A DNA stretch of 64,000 nt from NCBI GenBank assembly GCA_963664115.2, contig CAXWPJ010000012.1:384001-448000 (forward strand). The letters are read 5' to 3'. Made by a program: the position numbers and the translations under genes. Below, in pieces: positions 50,528 to 59,038 of this stretch (position 1 is its first letter; each line of letters opens with the position of its first letter). The notes under the pieces are model-generated. The model was not told the origin of the DNA. It did no database searches and saw only the letters and a program-made list of their open reading frames with translations. Origin of the DNA: Terriglobia bacterium. GTDB lineage: Bacteria > Acidobacteriota > Terriglobia > 20CM-2-55-15.

Positions 50528-51117
50528 CCCCGCCGTTCACTGTCACGAAACCACCGGTGATCTTGCCCGTCTCAGCCTTGGCAGCGCCGGCATCAACAGG
50601 GGATAGAGGCGCGTCGACGTCACCAGGCCTCCCATGATTACGACTGCCATGGGTTTTCGGTTTCATAGCCCCGAGCAGTGCCCGCCATTGCGATAGGCGA
50701 AGGCGCCAGAGCGGTCATCAATGCGGTCATCAGAATGGAGGCCAAACGTTCCTGGGCTCCTCAAACGGGCAACTCCGTCCCGGGCATCTAAGTCGAGTTT
50801 CGCCTGGAAGGGCGCTTGGCAGCGGTTTGTGACTGATTCTGGAGATGGGCGTAGTTCATTGATCCGTTTAGCCGCCACAGGCTTTCTCTCAGATTGAGAG
50901 TTACGACCGTCTGCCCGAAGAGCCCTGGCGCGGGACGGCTGTGGGGGGCGACAAGTTCGACGATCGATTAAATTGACTTGAGGGTGAGCCGGGATATAAT
51001 TTCGCCCGCGGGCACGACCGAGCCACGGTCGAGCAACGTTCAGCGCGACAGCGTCTCCAAACAAACACCTAGACACGCCATGCTTCAACTGGCAGACCAG
51101 TCACGAGGGTCAAACTA

Positions 51118-52962
51118 ATGAGCAAACCGAGCAAACCGCCCGTTAACCGCCGCAATTTTCTGAAGGGTGCTGCGGCTGGTGCAGCAGCGATCGTCGCCGA
51201 ACCCGCCCTGGCAGCGACGCCAGAAGGCGCACTTCCAGCGCCGCTGCCATCGAGTGCTGTTCAGGTGGGGGACGACGGAACGCGCTACGCGTCTGACTAC
51301 ATGGTCGATCTCTTCAAGTCTTTGGGGCTCGAGTACGTCTTAGCGATGCCGGCCGGGAACTTTGCTGGGCTCATTGAATCGGTGGCCCACTATGCGGGCA
51401 ACAGCAACCCCGAGTGGATCACCTGCATGCATGAAGAATCCTCGGTGGCCATGGCGAACGGGTACGCGAAGATTGAAGGCAAGCCCGTGCTGGTGTGCGC
51501 ACACGCAACGGTGGGGTTGCAACATGCCACGATGGGCATCTATGACGCCTGGTGCGACCGGGTGCCAATCTACATGGTGCTGGGAAATACTCAGGATGCG
51601 ACCCAGCGTGGCGGGTATGTCACCTGGGTCCACAGCGCCCAAGACCCGTGTGGCCTGGTTCGCGATATTACAAAGTGGGACGACAATCCCATCTCGACGG
51701 CACATTTTGCCGAGTCGGCTGTGCGCGCTTACAAGATAGCCACGACTCCACCGATGGGGCCGGTAGCACTCGTGCTGGACGAGCACCGCCATCTTGAGCG
51801 AGTCCCCGCGAATATGCGAATTCCCACTTTGAGCGTGCCTACGGCGCCTCAGGGTGACGCGTCAGCCGTAGCCGAGGCGGCGAGACTTCTGGTGGCGGCT
51901 CGGAATCCTGTGATCACCGTCGGCCGAACCGCACGCACGCCCGCGGGCGTGCCACTGCTGGTCGAACTGGCCGAGACCTTGCAGGCTGGAGTCGTCGATC
52001 GATGGCACCGGCGGATGAACTTCCCGTCGCGTCACCCACTCAATGGCGGCGATTTGAACGATGCCGATGTGATTCTGGCCCTGGAGGCAGGCGATATCGC
52101 CGGCATGGCTCGCCAGGCCAAACAACGTGACGCCACGGTGATCAATGTCAGCGACACTGAACTCTATCTCAAGAGCAACTACCAGGATTTCTTCGAATAC
52201 GCCGAAGTGGATCTATCCATAAGCGGAGACGCGGAGGCGACCCTGCCAACGCTGATCGAATCGGTGAAGCGCTTGATCACGCCCAATCGCCGAGTCGCCT
52301 TCGAGGCACGCGGCCGGACGGTGGCAGCGGCGAACCGGCAGGCCCTGGACAGAGAGCGCATAGCGGCCACCCACGGCTGGGACGCCAGCCCGATCAGCAC
52401 GGCGCGGCTTTCCATGGAATTATGGGAGCAGATCAAGAACGAAGACTGGTCGTATGTGTCGGGCTGGGTCACATGGCCCCTGCGGCTCTGGGATTTCGAC
52501 AAGCATTACCAATTCATCGGCCGCGCAGGCGGAGAAGGCATCGGCTACCATCTGCCGGCGACCATCGGAGCTGCTCTCGCCAACAAAAAGTATGGCCGGC
52601 TGACGGTCTCGATCAACGGCGATGGGGACTTCATGGTGGCGAACGGTGCATTGTGGACGGCCGCACATCATCAGATTCCGATCCTGATCATCATGCAGAA
52701 CAACCGTGCGTACCATCAGGACTACATGGACATGGACCGCATTGCTCATGTGCGGGACCGGGGAAGCTCCTCGACAATGGGTATCGGAACCGAAATCACA
52801 AACCCCGATATCGACTACGCCCAACTCGCGCAAAGTTTAGGCGTCGCAGCCGAAGGTCCGATTTCAGACCCCAGGGATCTGGCGGCGGCCATTCGGCGTG
52901 GCATTGAGGTCGTCAAGGGGGGGCAGCCCTATCTCATTGATGCCATCACACAACCGCGGTAA
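51118..52962 (+). CDS. Thiamine pyrophosphate-dependent enzyme (ALS/benzoylformate decarboxylase-like) with Tat signal
   Basis: NRRNFLKG, HEESSVAMANGYAK, GDGDF..(x24)..NN. Confidence 0.9.
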   Translation: MSKPSKPPVNRRNFLKGAAAGAAAIVAEPALAATPEGALPAPLPSSAVQVGDDGTRYASDYMVDLFKSLGLEYVLAMPAGNFAGLIESVAHYAGNSNPEWITCMHEESSVAMANGYAKIEGKPVLVCAHATVGLQHATMGIYDAWCDRVPIYMVLGNTQDATQRGGYVTWVHSAQDPCGLVRDITKWDDNPISTAHFAESAVRAYKIATTPPMGPVALVLDEHRHLERVPANMRIPTLSVPTAPQGDASAVAEAARLLVAARNPVITVGRTARTPAGVPLLVELAETLQAGVVDRWHRRMNFPSRHPLNGGDLNDADVILALEAGDIAGMARQAKQRDATVINVSDTELYLKSNYQDFFEYAEVDLSISGDAEATLPTLIESVKRLITPNRRVAFEARGRTVAAANRQALDRERIAATHGWDASPISTARLSMELWEQIKNEDWSYVSGWVTWPLRLWDFDKHYQFIGRAGGEGIGYHLPATIGAALANKKYGRLTVSINGDGDFMVANGALWTAAHHQIPILIIMQNNRAYHQDYMDMDRIAHVRDRGSSSTMGIGTEITNPDIDYAQLAQSLGVAAEGPISDPRDLAAAIRRGIEVVKGGQPYLIDAITQPR

Positions 52963-52972
52963 GGAGGCTGGA

Positions 52973-53398
52973 TTGACCAAGATATCACCAAACTCGAAGG
53001 TGCTACCCGGATGGGCGGTCTGGCTCATTTCTCTGACTGCCTTAGTGGTGCTCTTCGTGCCGGTCTCTGGCGCCGAAACTCAAGGCAATGCGCCCGCCGG
53101 AAATCCGCAAAACGGTAAGACTGTCTTCATGAACACCGGCTGCTACCGATGCCATGGAACTGTGGGGCAGGGCGGCCCGGGTGGACGGCTGGCCCCGAAC
53201 ACTATTCCGTTTGGGATCTTTGCTTCCTTTGTGCGCAACGGAAAAAGAAGCAATCCCAATGCCAACGTGAATTGGTCGGGAATGCCGCCTTATTCGGAGA
53301 AATTCATATCGAATTCCGAACTCGCAGATATTCACGCTTATCTTGCCAGTATTCCGCCATCGGCTCCGGTCGGGAGTATACCGTTGTTGAACGATTAG
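52973..53398 (+). CDS. Monohaem class I cytochrome c
   Basis: AAGGAGG RBS, signal peptide, CYRCHG, GMPPY. Confidence 0.87.
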   Translation: MTKISPNSKVLPGWAVWLISLTALVVLFVPVSGAETQGNAPAGNPQNGKTVFMNTGCYRCHGTVGQGGPGGRLAPNTIPFGIFASFVRNGKRSNPNANVNWSGMPPYSEKFISNSELADIHAYLASIPPSAPVGSIPLLND

Positions 53399-53608
53399 AG
53401 TATGTCCCCGCGATTCGGTCCGTTGCCGGTCCAACTTCCGATCAAAAATGGCCAAACGAACGGCTCTTTCTCTATTTTTGAAATTCTCAACGTCAAGAAG
53501 ATGGCCACTTTCGACCGATCCAGGCACGGACCACAAGTCCCCCTGATATCAGTCAGACTTATATTCGCCACCCACACCCGCCCGTGCTATCTTCGTCCGC
53601 CGACACGA

Positions 53609-53637
53609 TTGACAAACACTTCTGCGAAAACTAGACT
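53609..53637 (+). promoter_or_regulatory. sigma70-type promoter of the DUF6152/partner operon (copy 2)
   Basis: TTGACA-17-TAGACT. Confidence 0.75.
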
Positions 53638-53730
53638 TTGCTCCAAGCAAGGCGCAGCATGCCCCCGTCCTCTCACAGGTGGGGCTATCTTATAAAATCT
53701 CTGTTCCGCTGTTGCTCAGGAGGATTTCAC

Positions 53731-54108
53731 ATGTTCCGGACTCTACAAATTGTTTTATTTTGCTTCTGTTTCGCGGCCGTGGCCGTGGCGCACCACTCCA
53801 CGACTGCCGTATACGACGCGGACGAGCCGGCCATAATGCTGGAGGGAACCGTGACGCAGGTGGAATGGCGGAACCCGCACATATGGTTCTACATCGATGT
53901 CGTTGGTGACGAGGGTAACGTCACGAACTGGGGCGTGGAATTCCAGACCCCTCCCGCGAGAATGTTCAGGAGAGGCTGGACGCAGGAATCGTTGCAGGTT
54001 GGCGACGTGGTCAAGGTGGAAGGTTCTCCCCCGAGAAACCGCGAGCTCATCCGCGTCTTGAGCCGGACGACGATCCTGCCCGACGGCAGAGAACTGGGCG
54101 GCAGATGA
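53731..54108 (+). CDS. DUF6152-like secreted protein, close paralogue of 16957-17340
   Basis: AVA|HHSTTAVY, WRNPHIW, ILPDGRELG. Confidence 0.9.
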   Translation: MFRTLQIVLFCFCFAAVAVAHHSTTAVYDADEPAIMLEGTVTQVEWRNPHIWFYIDVVGDEGNVTNWGVEFQTPPARMFRRGWTQESLQVGDVVKVEGSPPRNRELIRVLSRTTILPDGRELGGR

Positions 54109-54206
54109 AGAACGAATCCAGCGCGATAGTCCCGGTCAAGCCGGGAGAACGTTAAAGAAGTTTGATGGGGTCACTGCACCCGCACGATTCCACAAGAGGT
54201 ATTGAC

Positions 54207-54971
54207 ATGAGGAGTGGCATTCAGTTTTCATTTTGTTTCGTGATTCTAGTCAGCGCCGTCATGCTTTCCCCCGTCCCCACCGCCGCCCAATCGGATTGGG
54301 ATCCGCGGGATTTCGGGGGCATTTGGCGCGCCGGCACAAGAGACATCACGGTGGCGTTGCAGCCCGGCGAGGAGATCGCATTCACACGCTATGGCGCCGA
54401 GCAGCACCGGGCCTTCGATCTCAAGGACTATTCCACCAAGGGATGCCTGCACAAGGGGCTCACCCGGCAGTTGCTCTCGAACGCTCTTTCGATGTTCGCT
54501 TACGATGACGATCTCGAAATTATGATGTTCCTGCACGAGGACCACTACCGCTGGCGGGCAATCTACATGGACGGCCGGGAGCATCCGCGGGAGGCGCCCG
54601 ATTTTCCGGAGCCGGCCGGACATTCGATCGGCCACTGGGAGGGCGACACCCTGGTTGTGGACTCGGTCGGTTTCCGCGACAGCACCTATCTGGACACCGA
54701 CGGGCTGGGGCACAGCACCGAGCTGCATCTCATCGAAAGGTACACCCGGACGGGACCGGACACGATCGATTGGGTGGTGAGGGTCGAGGATCCGACGTTT
54801 TTCCTCCATCCGTTTACCTTTCAAACGGAGTTCACCCGGCAGCCTCCCAATATCCGGCTGATGTATTATGATTGCGACTACGAACAGGACATCGAACATT
54901 TGGAGTCGTGGATCCGAGGCGAGGAAGGTGAAATTCACACCAATCCTGATGTTTTCGTGTTCCCTGAGTGA
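54207..54971 (+). CDS. DUF6152-partner protein, close paralogue of 17429-18205
   Basis: GHSIGHWEGDTLVVDS; same VFVFPE end. Confidence 0.85.
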   Translation: MRSGIQFSFCFVILVSAVMLSPVPTAAQSDWDPRDFGGIWRAGTRDITVALQPGEEIAFTRYGAEQHRAFDLKDYSTKGCLHKGLTRQLLSNALSMFAYDDDLEIMMFLHEDHYRWRAIYMDGREHPREAPDFPEPAGHSIGHWEGDTLVVDSVGFRDSTYLDTDGLGHSTELHLIERYTRTGPDTIDWVVRVEDPTFFLHPFTFQTEFTRQPPNIRLMYYDCDYEQDIEHLESWIRGEEGEIHTNPDVFVFPE

Positions 54972-55110
54972 GGTGAGACAGAAGGAAGTTCCCAGTCGAA
55001 ACCTTGGTGTGTTTGTTGGGAGAATCCCGGTTTCGTTTCCGCGATGCCGGGATTTGATCAGCTGAGTCGGGACCGGTTTTGAGCCCGCCGAATCAGAAGA
55101 CCTCTACGCA

Positions 55111-55293
55111 GGCATTGTCGAATTAAATCCGCGGGAATCACATTGCCAGGACGCAGAAGCGCCGCCCCCCCCCCCCCCCCCCCACGTTAGGCATCGCTTT
55201 CCATCCGAGATCATCAGCCATGCAGTCTGGCTGTATTAGCGGTTCAACCTGAGCCTCAACAACGTGGAGGACATGCTCGCCGGACGTGGCGTG
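55111..55293 (+). mobile_element. IS6-family remnant: left-IR-like end plus 5' transposase fragment with an in-frame stop
   Basis: GGCATTGTCGAATTAA at 55111; RHRFPSEIISHAVWLY*RFNLSLNNVEDMLAGRGV. Confidence 0.8.
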
Positions 55294-55497
55294 CGAGAGC
55301 AGGCCTCTCGACCTGTTCCATCACCAGGGCGTTGACTCCGGTCGCTGTTTTCACAGCCAAGGTCTGCTCCTGCACCCGGGGTCACTGCAATACAGAAAGG
55401 TGCCTTGGCTGGGGCTTTCTTCTGCTCAGTGCGTCGATGTAGCTTCGCCAGAGTGCCATGGCTCACGCACCACCTTCAGGGTCTTCACCGCCACCGT
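55293..55497 (-). pseudogene. Degenerate kinase N-lobe remnant
   Basis: VAVKTL ... GVNALVMEQVERPALA (compare GVRCLVLELIEGPTLR in the intact kinase). Confidence 0.6.
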
Positions 55498-55642
55498 CGC
55501 CGCCGGGTGAGAAAAAATGATTCGAGCCCCCTCGAGTGCCGGCAATCGCTGTCGCACAAGTGTTCAAGGCAGTTTGACAGAGAGTAATGGAGTGGTATTC
55601 TTCAGACGATATTTAGATTCCCAGATGCTGGAGAGGCACAAG

Positions 55643-56077
55643 ATGCGAATCAAGCTAACGAGTCTAGTTGTTGTTGCCGGTATCCTCCTTTACGCAGTGC
55701 CTGTGTTTGCGCACCACTCCTTTGCTGCGGAATTTGACGCCGGCAAGCCCATCACCCTCAGGGGAAGCATCACCAGGCTCGAGATGCCCATCACCCTCAG
55801 GGGAAGCATCACCAGGCTCATGACAAACCCACATGGGTGGCTTTACATAAACGTCACGGAAGAGGACGGCAGTGTACAGAATTGGGCCGTCGAAACGGGT
55901 GCCCCAAGGGCTCTTATGAGAGCAGGTGGGAACCGGGAAAGCTTGGCGCCAGGAACGGAGATCATAGTCGAGGGATGGCTTGCTCGTAACGGTACGCCAA
56001 CGGTGAACGGCAGAAACATCATGTTCGCCGACGGGCGATCGATTACGACCGGCTCCTCGAATCCAGAGATCCAGTAA
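55643..56077 (+). CDS. DUF6152-like secreted protein with an internal in-frame duplication
   Basis: VFA|HHSFAAEFD, NPHGW, WAVE; PITLRGSITRL present twice. Confidence 0.85.
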   Translation: MRIKLTSLVVVAGILLYAVPVFAHHSFAAEFDAGKPITLRGSITRLEMPITLRGSITRLMTNPHGWLYINVTEEDGSVQNWAVETGAPRALMRAGGNRESLAPGTEIIVEGWLARNGTPTVNGRNIMFADGRSITTGSSNPEIQ

Positions 56078-56139
56078 CGGAAGGGCTGGGTCAGGCCGTC
56101 ACTCCTGGGAACTGACTCTATCGCGGCTCCTCGCGAACA

Positions 56140-57321
56140 TCAGTATTGCCTGGTGATCTTGAACGTCCCGCTCTCGTTGCCCCGGGTGTAGGTGCCGATC
56201 AACGAACGGGCAAGCCAGGTCAGATTCTCGAACTTTCCGTCCAGGACGACTCTAGCGGCTCCAGTCCCGCTTTCAATGTGGACGGTCCAGTCATCCGGGT
56301 TGAGTTCCGCCTGTGTGATGGGAACACTTTGCGGTCCCGGATTGATGGTACCCGTGATGGCCTCACCGTCCCAATCCATCACAATCATCAGGCCGCTCTG
56401 GGTGTTCTCATCTGGACCCCATTCACCGACGAAGCTCCCCTTCACCGGGTGTCCGTGACCGGAATAGGCTCCGACATTGCCGGTTCCTGTTGCTCCGTTG
56501 GTTTCCCTGACGTAGCTTTCCTGCCAGCGGTTGTTCTCCTGGCACTTATAATCCCTGATCTCGGAATCCGGACTCCAGGAAAGATCCACAGCAACGGTCC
56601 AGGGCCGCGTGTAGGCTCCGGGATCATCGATAGTGGCTTCGATGTGAAGATTGTTCAAGCTGGTACGCGTGTATCTTTCGATCAAGTGCATCTGGCCCGT
56701 ATGCGGATCGCCGGCGCGGTCAATCCACGTTCCTTCATTGAAGCCGACGGTATCCACAACCAGCGTATCGCCCTCCCAACGGCCAATCGCGTGTCCCATG
56801 AACGTCGGGAAGTTTTCAAGATCCTCTCTTGGCGGATGCGGGCGCCCATCCAGGAAAATCTCACGCGAGATGTTTCCGGGGAATTCCCGAAGTTGAATGA
56901 TGCGTTCCTGTTCGGGGAGCTGAATGAATTCGATCGGGTGCGGCCCACCTCTTGCGTACGGTAGCGGCGGCGGGATGCAGAACCCCTCAGGATCTTCTTT
57001 CCCAAATGTTATTTGATCGCGGTACTGCTGGAGGGCTCTGGCCCAGGGCTTGAAAGGAATTCCCTCGGATTGCGGCGGATCTATCAAGATATCCAAATAA
57101 TTCGGGACCGATCTGATAAGCCAAACGCCTTTTCCGGTTTCGGTTCTTCCCAGGTTCGGCCTGCCATCCGGCAGTCGGGGAACCGGCTCTCCCGGGTCAG
57201 GGCCCCCAGGGTCCGGAAGTCCGGCTGTTCCCTGCGCGGCGAGGGTGGATGCCAGCAGGCAACACGAGAGTATGAAGATTGCCGTTATCGTCACCGATCT
57301 TGTAATCCAATGATCGTTCAC
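56140..57321 (-). CDS. DUF6152-partner protein fused to an extra C-terminal beta domain
   Basis: DPEGFCIPP, REIFLDGRPHP, GHAIGRWEGDTLVVDT, YKCQENN; then GHPVKGSFVGEWGP.. domain. Confidence 0.82.
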   Translation of the reverse strand: MNDHWITRSVTITAIFILSCCLLASTLAAQGTAGLPDPGGPDPGEPVPRLPDGRPNLGRTETGKGVWLIRSVPNYLDILIDPPQSEGIPFKPWARALQQYRDQITFGKEDPEGFCIPPPLPYARGGPHPIEFIQLPEQERIIQLREFPGNISREIFLDGRPHPPREDLENFPTFMGHAIGRWEGDTLVVDTVGFNEGTWIDRAGDPHTGQMHLIERYTRTSLNNLHIEATIDDPGAYTRPWTVAVDLSWSPDSEIRDYKCQENNRWQESYVRETNGATGTGNVGAYSGHGHPVKGSFVGEWGPDENTQSGLMIVMDWDGEAITGTINPGPQSVPITQAELNPDDWTVHIESGTGAARVVLDGKFENLTWLARSLIGTYTRGNESGTFKITRQY

Positions 57322-57367
57322 GCTGCCCTCCTTCATCCAACCGTGTCAATGTATTCGAATATCGGTG

Positions 57368-57394
57368 TTGAGGGGCGCGTGATGCGCCCCTCAA
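57368..57394. terminator. Perfect 11-bp stem hairpin after the sugar dehydrogenase gene
   Basis: TTGAGGGGCGC-gtgat-GCGCCCCTCAA. Confidence 0.55.
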
Positions 57395-57440
57395 AAGTTG
57401 CCTGATTTGCGATTGTCTCGTCGTCCAGGGCCGCTCAGAT

Positions 57441-58592
57441 CTAGTCGACAGGCTCCAACCGGACGACAGACGTCGGTGCACCGTCGCGATCTTCGATGGC
57501 CACGTAGATGTATCCGTCAGGTCCCTGACGGAGGTCCCGGACACGGCCGATTCCGTGCAAGAGCGTCTCCTCATGCACGATGCCTGTGGCATCGGTGACG
57601 AGCCGCGCGACCTGTTCGCCGGCCAAGCCACCGGCCAACAAGTTCCCTTTCCATTCGGGAAAGCGGTCGCCCGTATACACCATCAGGCCTGAAGCGGCGA
57701 TTGACGGCACCCAGAAATGTACGGGTGACTCCATGCCGTCGCGCAGCGTGCCTTCGTGGATCGCCAAGCCGCTTCGATAGTTCACACCGTAACCGATCAC
57801 CGGCCAACCGTAGTTCGAACCCCCGCTCAGGAGATTGAGCTCGTCGCCCCCCTGCGGTCCGTGTTCGGTGACCCATACATCACCCGTGTCGGGATGCACA
57901 ACCAGTCCTTGCGGATTGCGGTGCCCGTAGGTCCAGATCTCGGGTCGCGCGCCTTCGGTATCGACGAAGGGATTGTCCGACGGCACACGCCCATCATCAT
58001 GCAAGCGGACGACCACGCCGTGATGGTTTGAAAGATCCTGAGCCGGGTGCGCCTCGAGATCGCCCGTTGATGGGACCTGGCGTTCACCGACCGTAATGAA
58101 AAGGTAGCCGTTACCGTCGAAAGCAAGTCGCGAGCCGTAGTGACCGCGTCCACGGGTCTCCGCCTGGAAAATCTCCCCGATACCCGTCAGGCGATCGTTC
58201 TCAAAACGACCGCGCACGACTGCCGTGGTCGATTCGCCCCCGGGCAGTGGCTTGGAGAAGCTCAGGTAGAGCATCTGGTTCGATGCGAAGTCGGGGTGCG
58301 GCACCACGTCGAGCAACCCGCCCTGTCCCTGGGCGAAGACCTCCGGTACGCCGGCCACCGGGTCGGCAAGGAGCTGTCCGTGCCGGACGATGCGCAGCCG
58401 GCCGGGACGTTCGGAGATCAGGACGTCTCCGTCGGGAAGGAAGGCGATGGACCACGGGTTCACGAGACCATCCGCCACGGTGACGACGCGAAAGTCGTGG
58501 TCGGCAGACCGCACGACCGGCGCTTGCGCAAAAGCCACTGTCACGGCGACGATCAGGGACAGCGTCGCCAGCATCCAACAAATACGAATCAT
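57441..58592 (-). CDS. PQQ-dependent soluble aldose sugar dehydrogenase (GSDH/YliI family)
   Basis: PWSIAFLPDG, QGGLLDV, HYGSRL, YGHRNPQG, EHGPQGGDELN, NYGWP. Confidence 0.92.
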   Translation of the reverse strand: MIRICWMLATLSLIVAVTVAFAQAPVVRSADHDFRVVTVADGLVNPWSIAFLPDGDVLISERPGRLRIVRHGQLLADPVAGVPEVFAQGQGGLLDVVPHPDFASNQMLYLSFSKPLPGGESTTAVVRGRFENDRLTGIGEIFQAETRGRGHYGSRLAFDGNGYLFITVGERQVPSTGDLEAHPAQDLSNHHGVVVRLHDDGRVPSDNPFVDTEGARPEIWTYGHRNPQGLVVHPDTGDVWVTEHGPQGGDELNLLSGGSNYGWPVIGYGVNYRSGLAIHEGTLRDGMESPVHFWVPSIAASGLMVYTGDRFPEWKGNLLAGGLAGEQVARLVTDATGIVHEETLLHGIGRVRDLRQGPDGYIYVAIEDRDGAPTSVVRLEPVD

Positions 58593-59038
58593 GAAGATCT
58601 CCTTCGGCCCGGGGGCCGTCTGAATCAGCTGGCGCAAACCCGCCTCGCCTCCCCTCACGGGAAACGCACATACTGTGGGTTGCACCAAGAGCAAGTCTCA
58701 AACAGCTTAATCGCACCACCGGTCTCTTGCAAACCGACAAACCGTGCGGTCAGCCTGCGTCCTCTCACCGAACGCTCAAGGTCTGGATAGGCTGTACTTG
58801 AGCGCTGCTGCGGCGCACCCGGGGCCCCCCATGTAAGGTTTCACCCAACACCAGAGAAGCACTTTCCGGTGCCTGTCGCGCGGCGTGGAACGGTTGTTGC
58901 GCTGAGGCCGTCCAGGCCAGACCCGGGAAAAACACAGACATTCGGATTTAGGCTTTGCGTCACACTGAATCTCCTCCGTCACTTAGACAATGAACCGATC
59001 GCGTCCAAGACACCGTTCGGCGGTTTGGAGCGACCGTG

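Noticed and set aside
50663-51088. 141-aa ORF as a real gene
   Set aside because: No RBS or motif. It partly overlaps DNA resembling a decayed kinase (ARF-E..EAQ..LASI-like at ~50735-50775).
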